Below, in pieces: positions 1 to 9,579 of a stretch of DNA of 64,000 nucleotides. Both the position numbers and the translations under genes were made by a program. Below the pieces are notes generated by a model. It did not search any database. It had not been told where the DNA came from and saw only the letters and a program-made list of their open reading frames with translations. Within the stretch, counting starts at the first letter, position 1; each line of letters starts with the position of its first letter. The DNA is from an uncultured virus (IMG/VR IMGVR_UViG_3300044971_002243) (lineage: Duplodnaviria > Heunggongvirae > Uroviricota > Caudoviricetes): the IMG/VR virus record IMGVR_UViG_3300044971_002243. The stretch is one strand, 5' to 3'.

Positions 1-1
1 A

Positions 2-739
2 TTAGATGTAAGCAAAACAAATATTTTTTGGATGGATGTTGAATGGTTAGGTGTTGGTGACGTTCGTTGCGGTTTTGTCGTAGATGGAAAATTGATACCG
101 GCACACACATTTCATCACGATAATAGAAACACTGTGCCTTACATGACAACGGCATCATTACCGTTAAGATTAGAGATAAAAAATACTGGAATAACTGCAA
201 GCAATTCAACACTAAGTCAGATTTGCTCTACTGTAATTTCTGAGGGTGGTTATGAATTGTATGGTTCACAACAAGCAGTAGGAACAACAGTTACTGAGCC
301 AGTAGACTTGCCAACAGCAGGAACATATTATCCAGTTGTTTCGATACGATTAAAATCGAATCGTTTAGATGCAATTGTTATTCTAACCGCACTATCAATA
401 TTAGGTATAACAAATAATGCATATTACAACTGGCAAGTAAGATCAAATGCAAATACATCGGGTGGTGGATCATGGGTTTCTGCTGGAGACACTTCGGCTG
501 TAGAATATAAACTTGCTGGTGGATCGGTTGATGGTGGTAGAATATTAGCATCTGGATTTACAGGTGCAACCACTCAAAGTATATCACCGGTTGATATTCT
601 CAAAGAAGCATTATTCAAGTTTCAATTAGAAAGAAATAGTTTTGCAAACACAGCATATGAACTAACATTAGTCGCTTCGGCAAGTACCAACGGTGCCGAC
701 ATGTATGGTTCTATGGACTGGGAAGAAGTCACAAGATAA
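2..739 (+). CDS. hypothetical phage (probably virion) protein, 5'-truncated by window edge
   Basis: Frame is open from base 2 (LDVSKTNIFWMDVEWLG...). Beta-rich, S/T/G-rich composition. Confidence 0.7.
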   Translation, partial: LDVSKTNIFWMDVEWLGVGDVRCGFVVDGKLIPAHTFHHDNRNTVPYMTTASLPLRLEIKNTGITASNSTLSQICSTVISEGGYELYGSQQAVGTTVTEPVDLPTAGTYYPVVSIRLKSNRLDAIVILTALSILGITNNAYYNWQVRSNANTSGGGSWVSAGDTSAVEYKLAGGSVDGGRILASGFTGATTQSISPVDILKEALFKFQLERNSFANTAYELTLVASASTNGADMYGSMDWEEVTR

Positions 740-761
740 CAAAAACTAATAGGAGATTCAA

Positions 762-1766
762 ATGTCAATTTTCGACAACAAAATTAATAAAAGTGTCGCA
801 GAAGCAGTAATGAAAGTAGTGCAACAAGAGGAGTTGAAAGGTAATCAGCATAAGATTGATGCCAACAAAAATGGCAAAGTTGATGCTCATGACTTCAAAC
901 TTCTTCGTGCTAAAAAAGATATGAAGAAAGAAGAAGTTGAACAACTAGATGAAGTTGGTGATACACCAGCAGGCAGAAAAGCATTGGGCAGTTATGTGCA
1001 GAAAGCATTACACGACAAAGATCGTCAGAAAGGTCTGCGTAAAGCAACATCACGCCTGTACAAAGACAATTACTATGGCAAGAAAACAAATGAAGATGTT
1101 GAAGTGTCCGAGCAAGAACAATTGAATGAAGCATTTCCAACCGTTGCTGATGCAAAGAAGCGTATGGATGCTGGCAAAACAGCAACAGGTTCCGTAACAA
1201 AGACTGCTACAGGTCTTGTTCATAAGCGTGATTACAAAGATGATGATAATGATTCTGATGATAAGCCAAAGAAGTCGGCAGGTTATGGCGCTCGTCAGAA
1301 CTACAAGCGTTCAACACGTGTCAATGAAGAACTTTCATTCACAGAAATGCTCGAACTGTACAACGAGCATGGCATCAAAGTCTTAGCACCAATTGAAAAA
1401 GAAGAAATGAACATTGATGGTACGACAATTGAAGTTATTGATGCTGACAAAGTAAATGGCTTTGTTGAAACTACAGTTGAAGAAGTTACCAACGATGAAT
1501 TTACAAAAGAGTTTGAGGACCAAAAAGCAAGCTTTGAAGGTAAAAAGAAACAACCTAAAGTTGCTGCAGGTAAAACAACTGGCGTAAAGGCAATGCCAGA
1601 AGAAGTTGAACTCGATGAGCGTACATTGACATCTGGTGAATCTAAAAAGAAAGAAGAGTATGTCAAAGGTATGAAGAAAGGTCTTTCTGGCTTCAAACAG
1701 CGTTATGGTGAACGTGCTAAATCGGTAATGTATGCAACTGCAACCAAGATGGCCAAAAAGGACTAA
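762..1766 (+). CDS. putative capsid-internal polyprotein with EF-hand-like motif and repeated EEVExLDE linkers
   Basis: SD AGGAGA. DANKNGKVDAHDF EF-hand-like loop. Linkers EEVEQLDE, EQEQLNE, EEVELDE. Confidence 0.6.
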   Translation: MSIFDNKINKSVAEAVMKVVQQEELKGNQHKIDANKNGKVDAHDFKLLRAKKDMKKEEVEQLDEVGDTPAGRKALGSYVQKALHDKDRQKGLRKATSRLYKDNYYGKKTNEDVEVSEQEQLNEAFPTVADAKKRMDAGKTATGSVTKTATGLVHKRDYKDDDNDSDDKPKKSAGYGARQNYKRSTRVNEELSFTEMLELYNEHGIKVLAPIEKEEMNIDGTTIEVIDADKVNGFVETTVEEVTNDEFTKEFEDQKASFEGKKKQPKVAAGKTTGVKAMPEEVELDERTLTSGESKKKEEYVKGMKKGLSGFKQRYGERAKSVMYATATKMAKKD

Positions 1767-1768
1767 TT

Positions 1769-3580
1769 ATGTCTGATAAACCAAAAAAGTATTTCTCAGC
1801 CATGCGTGAAGGTGTGGCTGAGAAGTTGGCTCAAAGACATCAAGAACTTCGTAAGAAGAGTGGTTTGCCACATCCTGATTATTATAAAGAGTTAGGTAAA
1901 TCTTATGATATTAAAGATGACAGTGAACGTATGGCACACCAATCTTCTCTGAAGAAGAAGTATGGCGTCAAAGAAGAAGTGGAGCCATTGGATGAATTGA
2001 GTACAGACACTTTGAAATCTTATATTGGCAAATCAACTAAAGATATGTTAGAGCGTAAGCGTCAGCAAAAAATTGAAACTGATCGTGCCAATCTTCGAAC
2101 TAAACACGAAATGGCAAAAAAACGTGGACTTGAGGCTGCTGATAGAATAGGTGCTAGTGCGATAAAACGTGCCGCTGGTATTGGAAAAGCATCCATGAAA
2201 ATTGCAATGAAGAAAGAAGAAGTTGAAATGCTTGATGAGATGCCAGAGTCAAGCATGAAAACACGTGATGTTCATGCACACCTAAAAAAAGCTGGTTGGG
2301 CATTGAAACGCACTGGCGGCGGTCACGATGTTTACGCACATCCAAAATCAAAAGAACACATTGCTGTTCCTCGTCATAGACAATTGAAAGCACCACTCAT
2401 TCGTGGTATTCTCAAAGCTTCAAGAGTTTCTGAAGAAGCTGAGATTGATGAGCAATTACAACAGAAAGGAAAATTTGTGTCTGGTCCAGTTAAAAAACCA
2501 TATAAATCTCCTACGGTAGTAACACCGATAAGAGAAGCAAAAGATCCACGCGAGTATGATTATGAAGGTGACATGGCAATGTCACAACTTCGGTCATTGA
2601 TGTTCAATGCACAAGACATGATGGATTTGATGGAAGAAAATACGAATCTACCAGAGTGGGTGCAATCAAAGATTACACTTGCTGAAGATTATATTTCAAC
2701 AGCAGCAAACTATCTGCGTGGTGAGTTGAATGAAGCAGTAAGTCCTGCACAACAAGCGGCAATTGCTGTTAGTATGAAAGAAAAAGGCATCAAACCTAAA
2801 GTAGGAAAACAACCAAAGGGTGATTATGAGCGTAAAGTGGACAAATACTTGAAGAAGAAATATCAAAAAGAAGATGTTGAACTTCAAGAGGGTCGTCCAT
2901 CACAACGCCATCCATTAGAGGGTCATGAGTATCATAAGAAATCGAATGAAGCATTAGTTCACATTGCTAAAGATGCACATGCTGCTGCCGAAGCAATGAA
3001 AGGTCACAATACACAAGCAGAAAACAAATATCGTGACCAAGCAAATGATTCCGCAACAGTGCGCTACTTCCGTCAAAAAAGTGGTATGCCTGACTGGTAC
3101 AAAAAGAAATATGGTCATGTCAAAGAAGAAACCGAGATTCAAGAATCTGATGCAGCTTGGGCAGCTTCTCAAGAAAAGCGTAAAGAAAAAAAGTTGACAC
3201 CTAATGATCAAGATAAACTTGGACAAGTCCGTGCTTTAATGGCTAAAGAAAAAGAAGCTAAGGCAAAGATGAAGAAAGAAGATGTTGAACTTGAAGAAGA
3301 AAACAAGCCAACTAATCCAGAACTTTGGTCTAAAGCAAAATCAATGGCTAAATCCAAGTTTGACGTATATCCATCAGCATATGCAAATGGCTGGGCAGCT
3401 AAATGGTACAAATCTAAAGGAGGTGGATGGAAGTCTGTTTCTGAGGAAACTGAGAAGCCAGAATCACGCAAAGCAAGAATCGTGAGAGACCTCGTGAAAG
3501 ATAAAAAGAATGCACAAGAAGAGGCATCGGACAAGTTTCAAAAAGATCCCGAAATCTCAAGTGAAATTCAAAAGAACTAA
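1769..3580 (+). CDS. modular putative capsid-internal polyprotein containing a HicA-like module
   Basis: Basic modules separated by EEVEPLDE, EEVEMLDE, EEAEIDE, EDVELQE, EETEIQE and EDVELEEE. HicA-like segment at about 2255-2425. Confidence 0.65.
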   Translation: MSDKPKKYFSAMREGVAEKLAQRHQELRKKSGLPHPDYYKELGKSYDIKDDSERMAHQSSLKKKYGVKEEVEPLDELSTDTLKSYIGKSTKDMLERKRQQKIETDRANLRTKHEMAKKRGLEAADRIGASAIKRAAGIGKASMKIAMKKEEVEMLDEMPESSMKTRDVHAHLKKAGWALKRTGGGHDVYAHPKSKEHIAVPRHRQLKAPLIRGILKASRVSEEAEIDEQLQQKGKFVSGPVKKPYKSPTVVTPIREAKDPREYDYEGDMAMSQLRSLMFNAQDMMDLMEENTNLPEWVQSKITLAEDYISTAANYLRGELNEAVSPAQQAAIAVSMKEKGIKPKVGKQPKGDYERKVDKYLKKKYQKEDVELQEGRPSQRHPLEGHEYHKKSNEALVHIAKDAHAAAEAMKGHNTQAENKYRDQANDSATVRYFRQKSGMPDWYKKKYGHVKEETEIQESDAAWAASQEKRKEKKLTPNDQDKLGQVRALMAKEKEAKAKMKKEDVELEEENKPTNPELWSKAKSMAKSKFDVYPSAYANGWAAKWYKSKGGGWKSVSEETEKPESRKARIVRDLVKDKKNAQEEASDKFQKDPEISSEIQKN

Positions 3581-3621
3581 TAACATAAATAAACAATCAA
3601 ATAGATTTATAGGAGAAAAAC

Positions 3622-4200
3622 ATGTCACTTTGGGGAAATTTAGACGCATCTAACAATGCTCCAAACTTTTCGGGTCTGACTGGCTATGACACATCAACTA
3701 CTGGCGAAAGCTTGGCTAACTCACAGCCATCTTCAGTATTTGGTAACACATACATGAGCGCCACAAGAACTAATGTTGAGTTTGGCGTATTCGGTATTGA
3801 TACAACAGAAGAAGGACTTATTACAGATGGCTCACCAACACACGCTGGTTGGGTAGCACGTACTAAGGGTTCGGGTCCTGTTGATTCAGTAACAGCAAAC
3901 ACTGACGCCGTTGGTCCAGCAGCATCAGCATGTACGTACACACTAGTTATTTCTGGTGGTGGTACAAACAATACTTCAGCGCAAGTTTCTGTAACAACGG
4001 CTGCTACTGGTAGAGTCACAGCAGTTACAGTTACAAACGGTGGATTGTATACTGGCACACCAACAGCAAACACATTTGGTAACACAGCATTCACTTTCAC
4101 GATGGGCGGCCGTAACGGTCGTACCACATTTGAAACCATTGTTGCTATGGGTTCAATGGAAGGCGATGCATCCGATGACGCAATTGCGCCTGACGCTTAA
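3622..4200 (+). CDS. putative virion structural protein
   Basis: TAAATA late-promoter-like motif and AGGAGA SD upstream. T/G/A-rich protein. Followed by a hairpin. Confidence 0.6.
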   Translation: MSLWGNLDASNNAPNFSGLTGYDTSTTGESLANSQPSSVFGNTYMSATRTNVEFGVFGIDTTEEGLITDGSPTHAGWVARTKGSGPVDSVTANTDAVGPAASACTYTLVISGGGTNNTSAQVSVTTAATGRVTAVTVTNGGLYTGTPTANTFGNTAFTFTMGGRNGRTTFETIVAMGSMEGDASDDAIAPDA

Positions 4201-4204
4201 ATGA

Positions 4205-4238
4205 AAGTGGCGGCTAACTTCGGTTAGCCGCATTTATT
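4205..4238 (+). terminator. hairpin with cUUCGg tetraloop (terminator or stabilising stem)
   Basis: GCGGCTAAC-TTCG-GTTAGCCGC followed by ATTTATT. Confidence 0.7.
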
Positions 4239-4631
4239 ATGTCATTTGAAAATCTAACCGAAGATAATATGATGTTGTATGCAGCAAAAGCTTACGATAA
4301 GCCTAACTGTATTATGAGTGAATTCGATGAAGATATGAAGAAATTAAATTATCTTAAACGATTGTTTCATCGATATCATAAAAGAGAAGAAATTCGTGAA
4401 CGGCTGATATTAAATCATATAGTAACACTTAACAATCTGTTTGGTCCAGAAGCGACTAGCAGATTGTTATTTTTTAGTATGAGTGAAAAAGATTACTCTG
4501 CACTTAAAACATTTCTATTATTTCTTAATATTATGCCGAATCGTGTAAAAGGAATAAAAGGCAAAGATATTATTTCATCTAACATTAATATTGATATGAA
4601 AATTGCTGAAGAATTGAGAAAACTAAAATAA
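4239..4631 (+). CDS. conserved T4-like phage hypothetical protein
   Basis: YAAKAYDKPNC...ERLILNHIVTLNNLFG pattern familiar from T4-like phages. Confidence 0.7.
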   Translation: MSFENLTEDNMMLYAAKAYDKPNCIMSEFDEDMKKLNYLKRLFHRYHKREEIRERLILNHIVTLNNLFGPEATSRLLFFSMSEKDYSALKTFLLFLNIMPNRVKGIKGKDIISSNINIDMKIAEELRKLK

Positions 4632-4639
4632 ATACGACT

Positions 4640-4891
4640 ATGAAAAATAACGAATCTAAATTTTGTCCAGCTTGCAACAAAATGGAAAAACGCAACGAGT
4701 GTGGCTTTGGACCAGAATACTGGGACAAAAATGCAAAGAGTGTTAAAGAAGAAGATGCACCAGTAAACGCCGTAGGCGGTGGTGCCGTAGCAGGATTAGG
4801 TGTCGGTCCACAGGGCGAACCTGGCGTGAAGAAACGCAAGGCTGCAACATTCATTTCTTTTATAAAGAGAAAATCAAATGTGGCTTCTTAG
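4640..4891 (+). CDS. hypothetical protein (N-terminal Cys cluster plus EDAPVNAVGGGAVAG module)
   Basis: ORF after a TAAATA motif. Confidence 0.55.
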   Translation: MKNNESKFCPACNKMEKRNECGFGPEYWDKNAKSVKEEDAPVNAVGGGAVAGLGVGPQGEPGVKKRKAATFISFIKRKSNVAS

Positions 4892-5393
4892 TTTTTTGCC
4901 TACAGGATTTCTAGAATTTATCATCAATGCTGTACTTATCGGTAGCATTGTTGGTATTGTACTAGGTTTTTTCGGTAGCAAATTACCAGTTGTTGGTACA
5001 CATGCGACTATCATCAAATATGCTTCAATTGTTTTATTCTGTATCGGTCTATACTGGAAAGGTGGTTTCAGTGTAGAAAAAGAATGGCGTGAAAGAGTAG
5101 AAGCAATGGAAATTAAAGTAAAACAAGCAGAAGCACAAGCAAAAGAAGCGAATGAACAAATCAATACAAGAGTTGTTGAGAGAACAAAAGTTGTTCGTGA
5201 AAAAGGAAAAACACAGATTGAATATATCAACCGATTGGTTGAAGGTAAAACAGTTGAGATTGTAAAAGATATGAGCGCAGAAGAACGAGCCGTGTTTGAA
5301 AAGAAACAAAAAGAATTACAAGATGCTCTTAAAAGTTGTCCTGTACCTAGAATCATCATAGAAGAACATAACAAAGCGGCAGAGATAAAATGA
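4878..5393 (+). CDS. putative inner-membrane spanin (Rz-like)
   Basis: N-terminal TM segments plus coiled coil. Directly upstream of a lipoprotein and the endolysin. Confidence 0.6.
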   Translation: MWLLSFLPTGFLEFIINAVLIGSIVGIVLGFFGSKLPVVGTHATIIKYASIVLFCIGLYWKGGFSVEKEWRERVEAMEIKVKQAEAQAKEANEQINTRVVERTKVVREKGKTQIEYINRLVEGKTVEIVKDMSAEERAVFEKKQKELQDALKSCPVPRIIIEEHNKAAEIK

Positions 5394-5656
5394 AATTATA
5401 TGCACTTTTATTGATTGCGCTATTGACTGGTTGTTCAACAACAGTTCCTGTAGTTGCAAAATTTCCTGATGCACCTAAAGCATTAACAGAAAACTGTCCA
5501 CCTTTGAAAAAAGTTGAGAACGACCCAACATCTATCGTAGATTTACATAAAACTGTAGTTGAAAATTACACACTGTATCATGAGTGTGCTATCAAAGTTG
5601 AAGAATGGAATGAGTGGCATGTGAAACAAAAAAAGATTTTTGAAAGTGTAAAATAA
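5390..5656 (+). CDS. putative outer-membrane spanin lipoprotein (Rz1-like)
   Basis: Lipobox LLTGC, Pro-rich N-terminus, CPPL motif. Confidence 0.7.
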   Translation: MKLYALLLIALLTGCSTTVPVVAKFPDAPKALTENCPPLKKVENDPTSIVDLHKTVVENYTLYHECAIKVEEWNEWHVKQKKIFESVK

Positions 5657-5668
5657 TAAAGGAAAAGT

Positions 5669-6286
5669 ATGGAACTGACAAAACAACAATTAAAAGAATT
5701 GCTTCCAAAAAATCCCTATGTTGACCAGTGGCATAAAGCATTAAGTCAATTACTGCCGGATTACGAAATCAATACTCCACAAAGAATCGCAGCGTTCATT
5801 GCACAATGCGCTCACGAGTCTGGTGGTTTTATTTTTCTTACAGAGAATTTAAACTACAAAGCAGAAAGCCTAATGAAAGTATTCCCAAAATACTTCAAAG
5901 ATATGGCAACTGCAAAAGCATACGAAAAGAAACCAGAAAAGATTGCAAACAAAATCTATGCTGATCGCATGGGTAATGGCAACGAAGCATCGGGCGATGG
6001 TTACAAATACCGTGGTCGTGGTCTAATTCAACTTACTGGTAAAACAAATTATACATGGTTTGCTGCATCATTAGAAATTACACCAGAAGAAGCAGCAGAG
6101 TATACACAAACCTTTGAAGGTGCAGCACAATCAGCATGTTGGTTCTGGGAAACAAACAAACTGAACCAATATGCAGATACGGGCGATATTCTTACAATGA
6201 CAAAGAGAATCAATGGTGGTACGATAGGACTTGAAGACCGCAAGAAACATTATGCACATGCACTTCACGTTCTAGGAGTTCACTGA
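5669..6286 (+). CDS. glycoside hydrolase family 19 endolysin
   Basis: AQCAHESGG, YRGRGLIQLTG and INGG motifs. Confidence 0.9.
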   Translation: MELTKQQLKELLPKNPYVDQWHKALSQLLPDYEINTPQRIAAFIAQCAHESGGFIFLTENLNYKAESLMKVFPKYFKDMATAKAYEKKPEKIANKIYADRMGNGNEASGDGYKYRGRGLIQLTGKTNYTWFAASLEITPEEAAEYTQTFEGAAQSACWFWETNKLNQYADTGDILTMTKRINGGTIGLEDRKKHYAHALHVLGVH

Positions 6287-6516
6287 TGAAATATCTATCA
6301 CTATTGGTAGTGTTTCTTCTAGCATCATGTGGAGAAAACTATCGTTATCCATGCCAGGACCCAGAGAACTGGGAAACAAAACAATGTAAAAAACCATATT
6401 GTAGCGCAAACGGAACTTGCCCTGAAGATTTGACACATTATGAGAAAAATAAAAACGGTCAACCGATTCAGTCGATGCAATTACCACAAGTTCCAAGTAA
6501 AGGAGAATGCAAATGA
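6286..6516 (+). CDS. small Cys-rich lipoprotein
   Basis: Lipobox LLASC. YRYPCQDP...C...C...C. Confidence 0.65.
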   Translation: MKYLSLLVVFLLASCGENYRYPCQDPENWETKQCKKPYCSANGTCPEDLTHYEKNKNGQPIQSMQLPQVPSKGECK

Positions 6517-6989
6517 TTAAAGATTTATGGGAAGGACCAAGATATACAAACGATGAGTTGATGGCACGACTGAAGTTTTTCATTGGTGTCATTCTAGGAC
6601 TCACCTTATTTGGTATCGTTTTTGTTGTATTGTATAGTTTAATTTTTGTTACTCAGCCAATGAATGGTATGAGTCCCGTTGACAATAAATTCTTTGAATT
6701 AATTATTCCTATTGCTACATTCTTGACTGGTACACTGTCGGGTATTATGTTGGCAGGTGATGACAAAGAGTTGAGAGGAAAAGCACTTGATGCTGCAAAC
6801 AAACCTTACACACCACCGCCACCACCACCTGTATCTTCAGTATCAGCTTCGGTACCAGTCGGTCTAAGTGGAGGATTTGGTTCAGTAGCATCAACATCGT
6901 TTGAGCCAGTGGCATCATTTGTTGCAGCAGAAGTATCTGGCTTTGGTGGTAAACCAGCACCAGCACAACCTGAACATCCAGAAAAATGA
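6513..6989 (+). CDS. two-TM membrane protein (holin/antiholin candidate)
   Basis: Two hydrophobic helices and a Pro-rich tail. Lies in the lysis cluster. Confidence 0.55.
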   Translation: MIKDLWEGPRYTNDELMARLKFFIGVILGLTLFGIVFVVLYSLIFVTQPMNGMSPVDNKFFELIIPIATFLTGTLSGIMLAGDDKELRGKALDAANKPYTPPPPPPVSSVSASVPVGLSGGFGSVASTSFEPVASFVAAEVSGFGGKPAPAQPEHPEK

Positions 6990-7213
6990 TAAACTTTCTA
7001 ACCAAAACATTATCTGGAGAAGGTGAAAGTAATCCAAGCAGCAAGAGAGTAATTACCTTTCTTGCGTTCTTGCTGCTTGCTACTGGTGTAATTTCAGAAT
7101 TATTTTTTGAAAAAAGATTGAATCCACAAACACTTGATGCTATCATGTATGTTGTGCTAGGTGGATTAGGCTTTACCGCATCCGAAAAATTCGTTACAAA
7201 GGAAAAGAAATGA
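6986..7213 (+). CDS. small two-TM holin-like protein
   Basis: SSKR motif before TM1, two TMs, basic C-terminus. Confidence 0.55.
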   Translation: MINFLTKTLSGEGESNPSSKRVITFLAFLLLATGVISELFFEKRLNPQTLDAIMYVVLGGLGFTASEKFVTKEKK

Positions 7214-7407
7214 AAAAAGAAATTGCATTGATATCGATGATTCTAGCACTGCTTTTTGTACCACTTTCAAAGGCCGCATTTGCTGCTGAAGAAAAGAAAG
7301 TGTGTGTCAAAGAGTTTGATAACAAAACCAAAAAAGAAAAAGAAGTGTGCAAAACTATCAAAGTCCATAAGAAGTTAGAAGGCACAAAGATTCCTGAGAA
7401 GAAGTAA
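7210..7407 (+). CDS. small secreted basic protein
   Basis: Signal peptide, two Cys, Lys-rich. Confidence 0.55.
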   Translation: MKKEIALISMILALLFVPLSKAAFAAEEKKVCVKEFDNKTKKEKEVCKTIKVHKKLEGTKIPEKK

Positions 7408-7408
7408 A

Positions 7409-7837
7409 ATGGACGGAGAAGTAGCTTTAAAGGTAGAAGTTGGAGTCCTCAAAGAAAAGGTAAATACCATTGCCGAACTTTGTGAAAAAATGGACCGTGT
7501 TATTGAAAAGCTTGCAGACAATAACACGAACATGGTCAATCAAATATACAAAGATATGGACAAACGAAAAGAGGACACTGTGGGTGATATTAAAGAACTT
7601 CATTCTAGAATTACCACGACGGATAGAAATCTTTCTGATAAGATTGAACTTACCGAGCGTAGAATTATGGATGAAATAAAATCTTTGCGTGATCACATTA
7701 CCGAACACAATCAAAAAGAAGATGATGACATGAAGTCCATGCTTCAGTGGCGTTGGATGATTGCCGGTGGTGTTGTTGTATTAGCATGGATTATTTCAAA
7801 TGTTAAATTAGAGTATTTGGCAAAGTTTTTAAATTAA
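7409..7837 (+). CDS. coiled-coil protein with C-terminal TM
   Basis: Heptad pattern followed by WRWMIAGGVVVL. Confidence 0.6.
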   Translation: MDGEVALKVEVGVLKEKVNTIAELCEKMDRVIEKLADNNTNMVNQIYKDMDKRKEDTVGDIKELHSRITTTDRNLSDKIELTERRIMDEIKSLRDHITEHNQKEDDDMKSMLQWRWMIAGGVVVLAWIISNVKLEYLAKFLN

Positions 7838-7866
7838 TTGACTTCTTTGAGGAGTATTGATATAAT
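7838..7866 (+). promoter_or_regulatory. sigma70-type promoter for the primase operon
   Basis: TTGACT-17-TATAAT. Confidence 0.7.
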
Positions 7867-7872
7867 GATTAC

Positions 7873-8916
7873 ATGGCACTCTATACTGATACAAAATACA
7901 TAAGACTCATTTCTTCCCGCTTGCGTAACTTCAAGCAGAAGAATGATAATCTCTGGAATTTCTCATGTCCTTATTGTGGCGATTCTAAAACAAACTTACT
8001 CAAAGCCCGAGGCTATGTTTTTGCCAAGGGTAATGATTTATTCTATCGTTGTCACAACTGCGGAGTAGGAACAAATGTCGCCAATTTACTCAAACATATC
8101 GACCCAACAATACATGATGAGTATGTATTCGAGAAATACAAATCAGGAGCAACCTCCAACACGCATCACAGAACGAGTAGTGTACCACCAAGAATCATCA
8201 CCAACCCACCCAAATTTGGTCACATCAAAAAGCGCAACATATTTGAACATGGGACCCGGCTCAACGATTTACAGAGTGGACATTTTTGTCTAACTTATGT
8301 AGAAAATCGACTGATTCCTGAAGAACATTATGATAAGCTGTTGTTTACTTCAAACTACAAAGCATTTTGTGATGCGCTAATTCCCAATCACGATAAAAAT
8401 TTAGTTGAAGATGCACGATTGGTTATTCCATACTTCAATTATCAAAATGAATTAATTGCAGTATCTGGTCGTGCATTAGAAACAAGTGACCGCACACTAC
8501 GTTATGTTACATTGCGTACAAATGAATCGACAAACAAATTAATCTTTGGCATAGATAGAGTTGATTTAACTAAACGTGTTTATCTTGTTGAGGGTCCACT
8601 TGATTCTTTGTTTCTGAATAATTGTGTAGCAAGTGGTGATGCAAATCTTGCTTTAACGGTGAAAAATATTCAAGCAAAAAATATTACGCTTGTTTTTGAC
8701 AATGAACCACGCAATAAAGAAGTATGTAAGTTGATTGAAAATGCAATCAAATCGAATCATAATGTCGTAATTTGGCCTGATGAGATAGAAGGCAAAGACA
8801 TCAATGAGATGATATTGAATGGTTTTTCGGCCAGCGAAATTCAAAGGATTATAGATAGTAATACATTTTATGGTTTGGAAGCAATAGCTAAATTTACATT
8901 TTGGAAGAAATTATGA
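7873..8916 (+). CDS. gp61: DNA primase (T4 gp61-like)
   Basis: Zn finger CPYCGDS...CHNC. TOPRIM motifs VEGPLDSLF, FDNEPRN and KDINEM. Confidence 0.95.
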   Translation: MALYTDTKYIRLISSRLRNFKQKNDNLWNFSCPYCGDSKTNLLKARGYVFAKGNDLFYRCHNCGVGTNVANLLKHIDPTIHDEYVFEKYKSGATSNTHHRTSSVPPRIITNPPKFGHIKKRNIFEHGTRLNDLQSGHFCLTYVENRLIPEEHYDKLLFTSNYKAFCDALIPNHDKNLVEDARLVIPYFNYQNELIAVSGRALETSDRTLRYVTLRTNESTNKLIFGIDRVDLTKRVYLVEGPLDSLFLNNCVASGDANLALTVKNIQAKNITLVFDNEPRNKEVCKLIENAIKSNHNVVIWPDEIEGKDINEMILNGFSASEIQRIIDSNTFYGLEAIAKFTFWKKL

Positions 8917-9569
8917 ACGTGAAATTAATTGGTGTAACAGCACCATTTGCAGGTCACAATTCTGCTGAAGATATGATTGTGTATATGGCACGTGTGTCTA
9001 ATCCTAGTAATCAAGATATGACACGAGGTGATGAGAAACTTATTCGTTATCTTATCAAAAATCAACATTGGTCACCATTTGAAATGGTCAACGTTGTTAT
9101 GGAAATAAGTACAACAAGAGATATCGCAAGACAGATTTTGCGGCATAGGAGTTTTTCCTTCCAAGAATTCAGTCAACGATATGCTGACCCTATAAAAGAT
9201 TTGGGTTTTGATTTGCGTGAAGCTAGATTACAAGATACAAAGAATCGTCAAAATAGTGTTGAGACTGAAGATAATAAATTAAAATCTGAGTGGATGGTCA
9301 AACAGATGAATGTCATCTCAGGAGCAAAATATGCATATGAGTGGGCGATTGAGAATGGCATTGCAAAAGAACAAGCACGTGCAGTTTTACCTGAAGGTAA
9401 CACGCAGTCACGCATGTACATGAATGGTACATTACGTTCATGGATTCACTACTGTGAGTTACGTATGGCAAATGGTACACAAAAAGAACACATGGAAGTA
9501 GCAAAAGAATGTTGGAAGATTATTAAAGAAAAGTTTCCAAACGTAGTAGCAGCAATAGAACAACAATAA
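8913..9569 (+). CDS. thyX: FAD-dependent thymidylate synthase
   Basis: HWSPFE and RHRSFSFQEFSQRY ThyX motifs. Confidence 0.95.
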   Translation: MNVKLIGVTAPFAGHNSAEDMIVYMARVSNPSNQDMTRGDEKLIRYLIKNQHWSPFEMVNVVMEISTTRDIARQILRHRSFSFQEFSQRYADPIKDLGFDLREARLQDTKNRQNSVETEDNKLKSEWMVKQMNVISGAKYAYEWAIENGIAKEQARAVLPEGNTQSRMYMNGTLRSWIHYCELRMANGTQKEHMEVAKECWKIIKEKFPNVVAAIEQQ

Positions 9570-9579
9570 CGGAGAAGAA

